Below, one piece after another: positions 33,745 to 43,633 of a stretch of DNA of 64,000 bases; positions within the stretch are counted from its first letter, which is position 1, and each line of letters opens with the position of its first letter. The notes under the pieces were generated by a model. It saw nothing but the letters and a program-made list of their open reading frames with translations, did no database searches and was not told the DNA's origin. The stretch spans positions 1 to 64,000 of the IMG/VR virus record IMGVR_UViG_3300033121_002167; one strand, written 5' to 3'. This DNA is from a virus. The translations under genes were made by a program, and so were the position numbers.

Positions 33745-35594
33745 AAAGGGGCGTCGCCCTCGGGGCCGCCTCCTTCTTCGTTCTCTTCACCCTCAAGATC
33801 TTCAGTGATAGGACCGTTATCGGGCGGATCAGTCTTCATAGAGTGATCATCAAGTGCTGTCACTTCAGGCGCCGGATCATCTTCGTACTTCTCGAGCCGA
33901 GCGACGCGCTTCGAAAGCTCGATCGTAGACTCAGACGCCTCAACCGCAGACATGAACCGACGCCTCTTCACGTACTCCTGGATGAAGGCGATGGGCCAGT
34001 TCTTGACAAGCTCGTAAGCTTCATCAGCGTAAGTCCCCAGGATCGACCTGACAACGTCGCCATCCATAGTCTTCACGAACAACATCTCATCGAAGCGACC
34101 AGGACGAAGGATTGCCTCATCAAGGCTGTTGCGATTGTTTACGGTTGCGATGACAAGCTTCACGTGCCTCTGGAAGAACTCAAGAGTCTCAAGCAGCTGC
34201 GCCTGCGCATGTGCTCTGTCAAAGTCATCCAAGATGATTGCATCGGGTTCAAAGATCGTGATAGCCTCAAAGAGCGTAGAGCTCTCAAGGTTAGCAACAT
34301 CCTCAACGCGAATTCGGAAGCTGCGCATGCCAAGGTTCTCCACGATGGTTCGAGCCATCGTAGACTTTCCAGTCCCCGGCGGACCGTACAGCATCACCGA
34401 TCGCGGCACGTCAGCGTCGATGCAGCGCTTCAAGTATGCTGCGTACGAAGTTGCTCTCTCAGATGCAAGGGGATGAAAGGCATCGTCAGATTCAAACACG
34501 ATCCTAGAATCATCGTCAGACGTTCCGACGCGCTTGTTCTGCCTCATGACGAGGTTTGAATCTTTCAAAGATTCCCACAAGATCTTCTTGATGAGAGCTT
34601 GAGCCTCTTTCAGCTTCGCAGTGTCAACGTAGATGTTGCCGGGAACGTTGAGGCGGGTGTTCATCGTGTAACCCATCTTGATGCCATCAGCATCGATCAT
34701 GCGAATGATCGTAGCATCATCGTTGGTGCGAATGTTCTCGTAAGGATAGCGACTGACGACCTTGATGATCGTAGAGTTGAAGTCCCTGCTGTAAGGTGCA
34801 GACCACTCATCGCCAGAGAAGAAATCATCTCCCCACACTTCAAACTGCTCAATGAGCACTTTGGAGATCGAGAAGCTGCTCTTCAAACCGTTCCACCAGG
34901 TGGGATCTTCCAAGAAGGGCGTTGATGCTTGAAAGATGTCAGTTCCAACGTGGATGACTTGCTTCACCTTGCTCACGTTGAAGAAATCTCTAACTTGCGT
35001 CACTAGCGTCTTGTTCTTTTCAGTCATTTTGTCTCGTGGTGCTAAAAGTTCAACGTTGTAACGAACTCGCTTGTTTGCTTTTGACGTGAAAGTCACGTCG
35101 CACTCTTCGTACTTCCCGTCTACGATCGCTGCCCCCACGACCTTTGTAACGTGCTCATAATCTTTATCGACGTACGTCATGATGAAGAATGCTCGACCCG
35201 TTGTCAGGGGCGCAAGCTTCTTGATGACCACGTTCTCAAAAGAATTATTCGCAGTGTTTTCAACATCCGACCAGTAGATCTTTGGGATGCTGATGAACTC
35301 GTAACCTGCTTGCGGGTAAGCGCAATGCTTGCAGAAACGAGCGTCATTATCGTTCATTGCCTTACACTGGCTGCACTCTTTTGCTTCGCCGCAATTGTCA
35401 TATACATCAACAACATCGTCAATGAATGTGCAGCACATGTCGCTGTGCTCTTCTTGGATGTTCCTTAGATCTGACACTTTCACTTTCAAAGTGCTGTGGA
35501 ACGTCGTGATGCTATCGATCACAGATTTCTTGGCTTTGGTGCTTGGTGCCATAAGTTGAAATGTACCCTGCAGATCAGCTATTTTACAAGCCAC
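33702..35594 (-). CDS. classic-clade AAA ATPase with N-terminal zinc-ribbon-containing region
   Basis: Walker A 'GPPGTGKST', Walker B 'IILDDFD', second region of homology 'ILRPGRFD'; 'CSQCKAMNDNDARFCKHC' zinc ribbon. Confidence 0.7.
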   Translation of the reverse strand: MACKIADLQGTFQLMAPSTKAKKSVIDSITTFHSTLKVKVSDLRNIQEEHSDMCCTFIDDVVDVYDNCGEAKECSQCKAMNDNDARFCKHCAYPQAGYEFISIPKIYWSDVENTANNSFENVVIKKLAPLTTGRAFFIMTYVDKDYEHVTKVVGAAIVDGKYEECDVTFTSKANKRVRYNVELLAPRDKMTEKNKTLVTQVRDFFNVSKVKQVIHVGTDIFQASTPFLEDPTWWNGLKSSFSISKVLIEQFEVWGDDFFSGDEWSAPYSRDFNSTIIKVVSRYPYENIRTNDDATIIRMIDADGIKMGYTMNTRLNVPGNIYVDTAKLKEAQALIKKILWESLKDSNLVMRQNKRVGTSDDDSRIVFESDDAFHPLASERATSYAAYLKRCIDADVPRSVMLYGPPGTGKSTMARTIVENLGMRSFRIRVEDVANLESSTLFEAITIFEPDAIILDDFDRAHAQAQLLETLEFFQRHVKLVIATVNNRNSLDEAILRPGRFDEMLFVKTMDGDVVRSILGTYADEAYELVKNWPIAFIQEYVKRRRFMSAVEASESTIELSKRVARLEKYEDDPAPEVTALDDHSMKTDPPDNGPITEDLEGEENEEGGGPEGDAPFCPPLETLVILLRS

Positions 35595-35598
35595 AGCT

Positions 35599-36513
35599 TC
35601 AAGCGTACTTGCACATCAGCTGCTCACCAAGATCCTTGAGGAACGGTGCACCGTAGTTACCATCACGGCCAGCTTCAAGGTCGGTTTCAAGGAAGCTCGG
35701 CAACGCTTCGTCAGAATAGCGTGCAGATGCAATGCCCCATGCGATCGCAGCGACAGAGTCTGTGTCTCCGCCCCAGCTCGCAACTCGAGACATGATCCCT
35801 GCCAACGACTTTTCTTTGACGAGCAACGTATGAACAGCCCAAGCCGTGTTCCAACCGAGGCCACGATCCCCCGGCTGCTTTGGTCGAGCCTTCACAGAGC
35901 CCTCCCAGGGCTTCGAGAAATAATCAAAAGAATCTAGGTAACGGCTACACCATCCTAGCATGTGATTAAAATCTCGACGGTCGTAGAGGGCATAATGCGA
36001 CATCAACGCAACAGCGATCGAGGAGTTGATGCCACCCCACGTGGCATGCGTTGTAGCTGCTTGCAACCCAGCGTAGCGAACGACGTCGTCCGGATCTTTG
36101 ATGACGCCTATGGGAACTGAGCGCATCGCTGCACCGTTCTTGTCGGAATTTGGTTGAAGCTTCAGCTTCAGCTCATCACCGCTCTTTGAAGATTCTAGCA
36201 GCTGCTGCATCGCTCTGCTGTAGCCATCGCGTAGATCTCTTGCATGAACTTCCCAGAACTTGCCAACAAAATCAACGGCGCTGGGTGATTCGCTGGTGCA
36301 CAGCAGCTCTGCGATCGCAATGTTCTGCTGGGTATCATCTGAGTACCAGCCTGGCTTCATCAGCTCGTACGTTGGATGCTGAACGTAACGATTCATAGAG
36401 CCAACAGCTTCAAAAAGCTCGCCATGCTTCTCTTTATCGATGAATTCGATGCCCAACGCCAATGCGTCTGCTTGCGCAATGCGCAGCAGCATGTTGCTGT
36501 TCTTTCGTCTCAT
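35599..36513 (-). CDS. ADP-ribosylglycohydrolase (ARH/DraG family)
   Basis: N-terminal 'IAQADALALG' and C-terminal 'GGDTDSVAAIAWGIAS' Mg-binding motifs. Confidence 0.7.
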   Translation of the reverse strand: MRRKNSNMLLRIAQADALALGIEFIDKEKHGELFEAVGSMNRYVQHPTYELMKPGWYSDDTQQNIAIAELLCTSESPSAVDFVGKFWEVHARDLRDGYSRAMQQLLESSKSGDELKLKLQPNSDKNGAAMRSVPIGVIKDPDDVVRYAGLQAATTHATWGGINSSIAVALMSHYALYDRRDFNHMLGWCSRYLDSFDYFSKPWEGSVKARPKQPGDRGLGWNTAWAVHTLLVKEKSLAGIMSRVASWGGDTDSVAAIAWGIASARYSDEALPSFLETDLEAGRDGNYGAPFLKDLGEQLMCKYA

Positions 36514-36803
36514 AGTTTCCTTATGAAGGTTCGAAGCACGAAGAAAGATTCACCAAGCGAGGGAACGATGACTTTTGCGTAATCTGGTCCCAAGTGCGTA
36601 ACGATGCACATCGTATTCTTGAATACGGGTATATACCCGACGGGTATGTAATCTCTTTTGCTAATCCGAACAGCAGTGTCTTTGCTAATCCGATGAACAG
36701 CAGTGTCAAAAACAAAATACCACAGCTCTGCTTCTAGCAACTGTGCCAAGGAGTGACGCACAATGAATTCGTTGCAATATTGTTCTGCTGGGTTCAACCC
36801 CAT
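36510..36803 (-). CDS. hypothetical small protein
   Basis: ORF only. Confidence 0.3.
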   Translation of the reverse strand: MGLNPAEQYCNEFIVRHSLAQLLEAELWYFVFDTAVHRISKDTAVRISKRDYIPVGYIPVFKNTMCIVTHLGPDYAKVIVPSLGESFFVLRTFIRKL

Positions 36804-37126
36804 CGCCTGTGCGGTCTCCTATTTCTGTCAACGTTGCCATCCAGCGCATCGTTCAAAATTTGGGACGCAATCGACCACAAATCTTCTTCTGAACGAACCC
36901 TTCTGTTGAACTGCGCGTTCTGAACTTTAGCTCCAACATCGTCTAGGCCAATGCGCTGGAGCTCTTCACCGAGCCAGTTAGCAGTCGTTATCACTTCTTT
37001 AGTTCTGACATCACATGACCAGTTCGCTGGTCTTCCAGCGCTGTGCCCAGCGAATAGTCTTTCAATGTTGCGCTGAACGTTCTCTCTGACCATGTCAGGA
37101 GAATAGCGCGGTGCTACTTTTTCCAT
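36794..37126 (-). CDS. hypothetical small protein
   Basis: ORF only. Confidence 0.35.
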   Translation of the reverse strand: MEKVAPRYSPDMVRENVQRNIERLFAGHSAGRPANWSCDVRTKEVITTANWLGEELQRIGLDDVGAKVQNAQFNRRVRSEEDLWSIASQILNDALDGNVDRNRRPHRRWG

Positions 37127-37129
37127 CTT

Positions 37130-37945
37130 CTACTTCTGTCTTTTTGGACACCAGTAAGTTGTTCGACCATCAGCGGTCGAGTCTTTTTCTACTGGAAATC
37201 CATGAGGATCAGTGACTTGATTGTACACTGAAAATCTGTCTGATATCCATGATGTGCCATCCGGACCCACTGAGTAAGCCCCGCCGAGCTCGTACGACAG
37301 GTTCATCATCATTATGATAGCTGATCGTAGGTCAGCAAAGTCTTCGTGGGTTAGCGACGAAACTGGGCGATGCGGTGATATCTTCGCAGCATACAAAGAT
37401 TCACACTTCAAGTAATTACCGACGCCAGAGACGCAGCTTTGGTCCATCAGAGCTTCAGCGATCGTTCGATTGCTCTTGAACATCATGCGCTCGATGAATT
37501 CTTCATCATCTGGTGGTGAGTTAAGCATGTCCGGACCTATTGACTTCAGCTTTGAAGCTAGCACTTCGGCAGAAGACGTGAAGCTCAACGTCCCGAATCG
37601 ACGCTGGTCAATGAACGTCGTTGTCAACTCATCAGACATGATTGACATGACAGCGTGCCCAGCCGTGGGCCGCGTCGTCCACTTTCCCGTCATCCCGTAG
37701 GTACACATCATGTACCAATCGGGCTCAAGATATTTCTTGAACGTCCACCATGAGAACTTTCCCTTTACGCGAGCTGCTTCCATCATGTAGCCATCACGAA
37801 CAGCAGAAGCGAAATTTTGGTAACCAGCGGGCTCTTTCGAAGAGTAACGACCAGTGTTGTGCAGCTGAACGGCACGAATGATCTCACCGCTGAACAGGTT
37901 GTTGATCTCTTCGACGCTCAACGTGACTTCAACGCCCTCGGGCAT
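37130..37945 (-). CDS. Fpg/Nei-family DNA glycosylase (zincless-finger type)
   Basis: starts MPEGVEV (Pro2/Glu3 catalytic), H2TH region, C-terminal 'GRTTYWCPKRQK' aligns to Fpg 'RATFYCRQCQK' but lacks the 4 Cys. Confidence 0.7.
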   Translation of the reverse strand: MPEGVEVTLSVEEINNLFSGEIIRAVQLHNTGRYSSKEPAGYQNFASAVRDGYMMEAARVKGKFSWWTFKKYLEPDWYMMCTYGMTGKWTTRPTAGHAVMSIMSDELTTTFIDQRRFGTLSFTSSAEVLASKLKSIGPDMLNSPPDDEEFIERMMFKSNRTIAEALMDQSCVSGVGNYLKCESLYAAKISPHRPVSSLTHEDFADLRSAIIMMMNLSYELGGAYSVGPDGTSWISDRFSVYNQVTDPHGFPVEKDSTADGRTTYWCPKRQK

Positions 37946-38275
37946 TCATCCCTCCAGTGCAGCGGCTCCAGCAGCTGCGGCATTGTAGAACCTGACATCG
38001 ACATTGTCTGATGCCTTGAAGAGAAACCACTGGTTGAGCGTCTCGTCCCAAGCGTGGATCGTTCCATCTTCATCGATCTTGTGGATCTCGCAAGATGAAG
38101 TGTGAGGACGAGCATGGCGCAACCGAGTCACCAAGATCTTGCTACCAACTGGTGCTAGCAGCACGCCGTCGGCGATCGCAGGCACTGTCTTTGGATCGAT
38201 CTTCACTCTCTTCTTTCGTAGAGCCTTCGGCGCTTTCTCTTTAACGCGCTCAGCGATCTTCTTTGCATTGCTCAT
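37946..38275 (-). CDS. hypothetical small basic protein
   Basis: ORF only. Confidence 0.35.
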   Translation of the reverse strand: MSNAKKIAERVKEKAPKALRKKRVKIDPKTVPAIADGVLLAPVGSKILVTRLRHARPHTSSCEIHKIDEDGTIHAWDETLNQWFLFKASDNVDVRFYNAAAAGAAALEG

Positions 38276-38696
38276 GTTTCTTTATCCAGTCGTAGTATAT
38301 GCCCAATGCACCGTCTGACGGGCGGTAGCTACCCACATCACATTGGAAGAACATCTTCCATGATCTCCAACCGTACTCGCCGATACCGGGCAGCTCCCGG
38401 GCATCTGACCAAGATTTGCTCACGTAAGCCTTTGTCATTGACCTGATCGTGGCTTCGCGACGATTCTTGAATCCAAGGGACCGGATCAAGTCAGCGACTT
38501 CAGCTGGAGAGCTCTCCAAGTACTTCTCAGGTGTTGACCAACGAGACATGAATTCAGGTAGGATCTTTTCCACCTGCGTTCTCTTCGTCCGGTTCAGCAT
38601 GATGCAGCTGACGAGGACGAGCCATTCATTGGGCCATAGAGATTCTTGTATGAGACTGTGAGGACTTGCTAGCGGTATCATACCACTTGCCAACAT
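38250..38696 (-). CDS. HhH-GPD DNA glycosylase, MBD4-like
   Basis: 'LVSCIMLNRT' ~ MBD4 'LIATIFLNRT'; 'LPGIGEYGWRSWKMF' ~ 'LHGIGKYGNDSYRIF'. Confidence 0.7.
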   Translation of the reverse strand: MLASGMIPLASPHSLIQESLWPNEWLVLVSCIMLNRTKRTQVEKILPEFMSRWSTPEKYLESSPAEVADLIRSLGFKNRREATIRSMTKAYVSKSWSDARELPGIGEYGWRSWKMFFQCDVGSYRPSDGALGIYYDWIKKHEQCKEDR

Positions 38697-38720
38697 TGTA
38701 ATTCGTCTAGCTGGGCAAGT

Positions 38721-39395
38721 TCATCTGCCGTACTTCTTGTCAAAGTACGTGTTACCAAGTTGGTACAGAACATTTTCTAGCGATGATTGCTTCACGTCGT
38801 GCTTTGCCAGCTGCTGAGCAACTTCACCATGCCTCTGGATCAAGCTTGATTTTGCCGCGCTTTGTCCTGGCCCGTCGTAAGAGTAGTTCAATACCTTGTT
38901 TGGATCTTTCACAAGCTCGCAGTCATCGCATTCTTCTGGTGTCTTTGGATCATCACGATCATCAAACGGTTTCTTGTCAACATCACTGCGCTTCGAAGAG
39001 TAATATTGCCACAACTTCTCGGCAGAAGAATTTGTCGATACCCTATCTGGCATCAAGCCACCGTCGCCATCGCTCATGACAATATCGTACATGAGCGGAC
39101 CGTAGCCTTTCGAAGCAGCAGATCGATGAACTTCGATAGCGTCATTGCACTCGTCAGAGTGTGGGATGGCTTCGATGAAACCGTAGATAAATTCATCGAG
39201 AGGTTTGGAGAATCGCATGCTCCAGAAACCCGGTTCTTGCATGACAGACGCTAGAGTCTTGGGCTCGTAAAGAACGTAGTAAATCTTACCTTCTCGCTGT
39301 CCCCTATAAAGAGCTAGCCCAGCATCTATAGCTTGATCTCCGCCCACTGCTGCTTCAATGAGGTGTGATATGTACGACTTCAAGTGTTGCTTCAT
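38721..39395 (-). CDS. hypothetical protein
   Basis: 224-aa ORF. Confidence 0.4.
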   Translation of the reverse strand: MKQHLKSYISHLIEAAVGGDQAIDAGLALYRGQREGKIYYVLYEPKTLASVMQEPGFWSMRFSKPLDEFIYGFIEAIPHSDECNDAIEVHRSAASKGYGPLMYDIVMSDGDGGLMPDRVSTNSSAEKLWQYYSSKRSDVDKKPFDDRDDPKTPEECDDCELVKDPNKVLNYSYDGPGQSAAKSSLIQRHGEVAQQLAKHDVKQSSLENVLYQLGNTYFDKKYGR

Positions 39396-39703
39396 AGGAT
39401 TCCCACCCTCTTGAACAGCTTTCGATTGTAGTCGCTGAAAGATCCTTGCAGGAGAACAGCGGGTTCAACCCACTTCACCACACCAGATTCATCAGTGTCA
39501 ACGTTACCCATGACTGAGCAAGAGTAAGTCGTCACGAAGTAACCAGCATCATCTTTCTGCGAGAACACTTTTGTTAGATTGACAGCAGTGTAACCGGTCT
39601 CTTCTTCGAGCTCTCTTGCAGCGGCTTCAACCTCAACCTCACCAGGATCCACTTTCCCGTGGGAAATTGTTGCAACTATATTCTTCTTGATCAAGCTTAC
39701 CAC
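39392..39703 (-). CDS. Nudix hydrolase fragment (C-terminal two-thirds, retains Nudix box)
   Basis: 'GKVDPGEVEVEAAARELEEETGY'; paralogous to 40467..41039 but lacks N-terminal ~85 aa; 5' end abuts GIY-YIG gene. Confidence 0.45.
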   Translation of the reverse strand: MVSLIKKNIVATISHGKVDPGEVEVEAAARELEEETGYTAVNLTKVFSQKDDAGYFVTTYSCSVMGNVDTDESGVVKWVEPAVLLQGSFSDYNRKLFKRVGIL

Positions 39704-39715
39704 CTATATAATTTC

Positions 39716-40543
39716 ATGTTTGTGTACAAAATAACTTGCATCATAAGTAACCGAATTTACGTTGGAAAAACAATTCATAGCATAGAGTCTAGATTCAATC
39801 GTCACATAAAACAATCAAAAAATCCTAGTACAAAATTTCATCATGAAATTGCAAAATTTGGAAAAGAAAATTTCGAAATTGTTCTACTACAAGAATGCAA
39901 TTCAGTTAAAGAGCTCAATCAGGCAGAAAGAGATTGGATTGAAAAACTAAACAGTACTGATCCTATCGTTGGTCTTAATTCAACATGCGGTGGTCAGTGT
40001 GGTTTGATGACATGTGAAACAAAAATCAAAATATCAAACGCACTAAAAAATAGAAAACTTTCGAACGAACATCGATCAAAGATATCTGCAATAATGAAAA
40101 CCAAGCACGGTGCATTGAACAATTTTTACGGACGTCATCATGACGATAACACTAAAAAATCAATTTCAAATTCAATGAAAGGTGAGCGCGGTCCGTGCTA
40201 TGGAAGAACGGGCTCAAAACATCCGATGTTTGGAAAAACACATAGCGATGAATCAAAAAAGAAAATGTCAGACATTAAGTCTGGTAAGAAACTTACAGAC
40301 AAGCACTACAAAGCCGTTAAAGCCTGGCATGCGAAAAGAAAAGAAATAATCTCAACCCGTGATGATCAGATTTTTGATCTTATTTTCAACAAAGGCTTTT
40401 CGAAGAAGAACGCGGCAGAGGCTCTAGGCGTGGGTATCAATCTCATTTACGGAGCAATGCATCGATTCAAAGTATCGAAATCTTCTGAAAGAGAAGTTGA
40501 TTGTAACGATAAAATGGAGATTGATTCGGATCGATCAAACTAG
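39716..40543 (+). CDS. GIY-YIG homing endonuclease (I-TevI-like, NUMOD3 repeats + C-terminal HTH)
   Basis: 'FVYKITCIISNRIYVGKT...RFNRH'; repeats 'HRSKISAIMK','TKKSISNSMKG','SKKKMSDIKSG'; AT-rich island (track ORF 39659..40543). Confidence 0.75.
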   Translation: MFVYKITCIISNRIYVGKTIHSIESRFNRHIKQSKNPSTKFHHEIAKFGKENFEIVLLQECNSVKELNQAERDWIEKLNSTDPIVGLNSTCGGQCGLMTCETKIKISNALKNRKLSNEHRSKISAIMKTKHGALNNFYGRHHDDNTKKSISNSMKGERGPCYGRTGSKHPMFGKTHSDESKKKMSDIKSGKKLTDKHYKAVKAWHAKRKEIISTRDDQIFDLIFNKGFSKKNAAEALGVGINLIYGAMHRFKVSKSSEREVDCNDKMEIDSDRSN

Positions 40544-41039
40544 AAGGATTTACCCACCTGATTACGCCACTTTCATTTGTATGAATTGTACCGGATACGT
40601 TTCCGGAAAACGTTGTTGTCATAAATCCATGAGAATCTCTCATTGAAAATATTTCAACTAGATCAGTTACATCAAGTCCAGTTTCTTCTTTCAACTCTCT
40701 TCTAGCAGCGTCAATATCTTTTTCACCAACATCAACATGTCCACCAGGCATACCAAGCGCATTTGGATCATCTTTCCTAGAGACTGCCAAGATCTTTCCG
40801 TTTGGGTTCCTAACAAGAACGCATGCAGCTCGCGGGGCATTCAAAGCTGCGAGCGTCTCGTCTTCTTCGTCATTTGCCAACGAACCACCCACTTCGACGT
40901 TTGTTATCGGCGGTCGAGGATCTGTCAACATCTCACGGATGAGCTGCTTCAGAAGCTTAACTTCTTTGGTTCTGGAAGTGGACATGATTCGATCTGATCG
41001 CAGCTCGTTATGTTCTTGACGCAAGACGGAGCGAGCCAA
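40467..41039 (-). CDS. Nudix hydrolase
   Basis: Nudix box 'GGHVDVGEKDIDAARRELKEETGL'; N-terminal 'KLLKQLIREML' propeptide-like motif. Confidence 0.7.
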   Translation of the reverse strand: MARSVLRQEHNELRSDRIMSTSRTKEVKLLKQLIREMLTDPRPPITNVEVGGSLANDEEDETLAALNAPRAACVLVRNPNGKILAVSRKDDPNALGMPGGHVDVGEKDIDAARRELKEETGLDVTDLVEIFSMRDSHGFMTTTFSGNVSGTIHTNESGVIRWVNPSSLIDPNQSPFYRYNQLLFQKISIL

Positions 41040-41323
41040 ACGCCTGCTGCTTGCGTATCACGGCAGAACACGCTGCACGTTGCCACGCAGTGGTTCGCTA
41101 CGCAACCATGACCCAAGTCACAATCACCAGTGTCAGCGCACAACCTCTTCATGTCGATATCACGGCCCTCTTCGCAACCCAAGTTGTTGAGACGATCACA
41201 TGCAGCCTGGCAGTCACCCGTATCGGTCACAACTGGCGGTTGAGGTGTTACGTTGGACCCACGAGGGCACCCAGAAATAATCAATGTAATGAGAAGGATA
41301 GATACTGCGCCCAATTTTTTCAT
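40949..41323 (-). CDS. Cys-rich putative lipoprotein
   Basis: signal peptide + lipobox 'LIISGC'; 16 Cys in mature region. Confidence 0.5.
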   Translation of the reverse strand: MKKLGAVSILLITLIISGCPRGSNVTPQPPVVTDTGDCQAACDRLNNLGCEEGRDIDMKRLCADTGDCDLGHGCVANHCVATCSVFCRDTQAAGVWLAPSCVKNITSCDQIESCPLPEPKKLSF

Positions 41324-41330
41324 TATTCTC

Positions 41331-41678
41331 TCAAATTTCTCTCAAGTACCCAAACTTAGCATTGAAGAGCCCAACAAGCGCTGAATCTGTTTCCTTGAAA
41401 TCATTGTTGTGCTTGCGGAATAGCTTCGCGTACTTTGAAGATGCATAATCGATGATCTCACGTCTGATATTATCAGGCAGAGGTTCATCATTGATCTCTT
41501 CTGTCTTTCTGATCCAGAAAACGGCAGCAGTGCGACCATTTGATGCTAGCGACGGCGCCATGTGCCTCTTTAGCCGGGCGATGAACTTTGTGTCAAGCTT
41601 GAGCTCAGCAATGATAGTTGAGACGTACTCTTTCAGCAGCTGTTGATCGCTCATGTACCCTCCAAAAACGGTACCCAA
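41331..41678 (-). CDS. hypothetical protein
   Basis: ORF only. Confidence 0.35.
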   Translation of the reverse strand: MGTVFGGYMSDQQLLKEYVSTIIAELKLDTKFIARLKRHMAPSLASNGRTAAVFWIRKTEEINDEPLPDNIRREIIDYASSKYAKLFRKHNNDFKETDSALVGLFNAKFGYLREI

Positions 41679-43633
41679 AAGCTGTTTGCAGAGCTTTCGT
41701 CTAGGTACTTAAACGGCACCCAAGCGTAACCATCATCTCCCCACCAAGTTCCCCAAGAGTTGCGAACCAACCACAGCTCTCTTCCAAGATCGTAGCCTAC
41801 GATCACTTGGCAGTGACCTCCAGCGCCGGCCCTAACGGACTTTGGCATCGCAACGGGTGGACCGCCGCGGTACGCCATGTAATCTTTATCGACAGTCATG
41901 CCAAAGACGATCGGATGGCTTGCTTGCAGCGCAGAGATGATGTAGTTTTTCTGCGCTTGACCAGATCCACCGATAGAATAGTAGCTGTCGATTTTGTTGA
42001 CGTAAGCGTCTCTGTAAGAACCCCAAGACGGTCGAATGAAGACCTTGCTGGTGTCATAAGGCCACTTTTCTTCTGCACAAGTTCCCAATGATGACAGCGT
42101 TCCGAACGCCATGTGAATGTAAGCACCCTCATCGCGATCTTGCATTCGTGACATCAAACGAGCATTGTAGTAGACGAACATCCTAGACAAGTCTACGAAA
42201 GGTTTGCCGTTGCGGATCTGAAGAAACTCGAGAGCCCCAACGACACCGTTGCCGACGCAGTTATGAACAAAAACACCGCTAGCTAGAGCGAAATTATGCT
42301 GTTCATTATCAACCGTTAGACAGTACACATCTATTTTTTCATCTAGATGTTCAATGCTGACTATTTTGTGATTGTAATTTTCAGCAGCTTCTTTCAGCTC
42401 ATTCAGAGAACTGAAGTATTTTTCTATTGACTTGAATGTCGAAAAATTTGGAATCCCAGATGATCTTTTAGTTTTTTCCCACGCCTCTTGCGTGAGCTCA
42501 CTATTCTCTGTGATGACACGATTAGCATACTTGATCAATTTCAATCTTCCAGATTCAGAACCAATTGATCGCATTGATTCTCGTACAACTGACATAAATC
42601 GATCATCACTTTTTATTCTCTTGCTTATCTGTTTTCCAATCAGTTTCTTTTGTTCTTGCGTTCTATTTGAAAGCGTTTCTTTCAACGACAAACGTGCCTT
42701 TGCTCTTGATTCAGAGCTATGACCTTTCATGAAAAACTGTTGACGCCAACTTTCCATCTTGTTTTCATCATTCATTCGATTGATGTGCGCTTGTGTACCT
42801 CCTTTACCCTGGGCACCAGCATTCCATAGTGGATTATCTGCGTACTGTTTTAGTATCGTTCTACGCGAATCTTCGCTTTGTTTTTTCGAACCATGATACC
42901 AAGTTCCACCATGAGGCGTTTGTTGTGAATGATACAAAAAGTGCTCTTGTATACCCATGAACTTTAGATTCTCAGGATCATTGTTCTTCTTGTTGAAATC
43001 AATGTGATGAACACACTTAACATTTTCATCAATATGCTGCAACTGTTCTGAATGAACGTTGTACGCAACCATGTTGTGAGTTTTTACGTATGATGACTTA
43101 AAGTTGTCAAAAATCATCTGATACCCGTTCTTATCGTATTTTACATACAAAGGCATCAATGACATTGATGAAGTCAATGATTTAGCTTCACAATAAGTTC
43201 CATCTCTTAGAAGCCAACGATGATCTGGTGTGCAAATCACCACATCGCCAGAATCTAGTGTGACTTTAATGACCTCTTTTTTCAAACCAGTCAATTTTGC
43301 CGTTGCTTTGCCAGGTACGATTTTTCCTTCTGGTGTGCAAGAATAAATCCAAAATGGTTTGTTTGATTCGTGAAGTTCTTTCAATGATCGTTTTTCACCA
43401 TTGAGCAAACGAATAAGTGTATCACCAGAAAAGCAGCTTCCGATCTGACCTTGATCCTCCACGGGGGAGCACCACTGGCGCAGATCTAGGACGCCGTCGA
43501 CCTCTTGCGGAGCGCTAGCTGGTGATGCAGCTGCGAACTTAGAGATATTATCCGCAAAGACGTAGTTCTTGCTTGCGTCATGATCTGGATCTTCGTGGTC
43601 GGCTTTCCAGCCGCCTAGCTTTGGTACGTACAT
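41651..43633 (-). CDS. papain-like (C1) cysteine peptidase interrupted by an intein
   Basis: exteins: 'QGQIGS|CVGNGVVGALEF' (papain 'QGSCGSCWAF..AVVTIEG'), 'GGHCQVIVGYD' (His), 'NSWGTWWGDDGY' (Asn-Ser-Trp). Confidence 0.75.
   Translation of the reverse strand: MYVPKLGGWKADHEDPDHDASKNYVFADNISKFAAASPASAPQEVDGVLDLRQWCSPVEDQGQIGSCFSGDTLIRLLNGEKRSLKELHESNKPFWIYSCTPEGKIVPGKATAKLTGLKKEVIKVTLDSGDVVICTPDHRWLLRDGTYCEAKSLTSSMSLMPLYVKYDKNGYQMIFDNFKSSYVKTHNMVAYNVHSEQLQHIDENVKCVHHIDFNKKNNDPENLKFMGIQEHFLYHSQQTPHGGTWYHGSKKQSEDSRRTILKQYADNPLWNAGAQGKGGTQAHINRMNDENKMESWRQQFFMKGHSSESRAKARLSLKETLSNRTQEQKKLIGKQISKRIKSDDRFMSVVRESMRSIGSESGRLKLIKYANRVITENSELTQEAWEKTKRSSGIPNFSTFKSIEKYFSSLNELKEAAENYNHKIVSIEHLDEKIDVYCLTVDNEQHNFALASGVFVHNCVGNGVVGALEFLQIRNGKPFVDLSRMFVYYNARLMSRMQDRDEGAYIHMAFGTLSSLGTCAEEKWPYDTSKVFIRPSWGSYRDAYVNKIDSYYSIGGSGQAQKNYIISALQASHPIVFGMTVDKDYMAYRGGPPVAMPKSVRAGAGGHCQVIVGYDLGRELWLVRNSWGTWWGDDGYAWVPFKYLDESSANSFWVPFLEGT
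42260..43435 (-). mobile_element. intein (Hint domain with HNH homing-endonuclease insert), 392 aa
   Basis: block A 'CFSGDTLIRL', block B 'TPDHRW', HNH 'VHHIDFNKKNNDPENL', block F 'VYCLTVDNEQHNFALASG', block G 'VFVHN|C'; AT-rich vs host gene. Confidence 0.7.
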
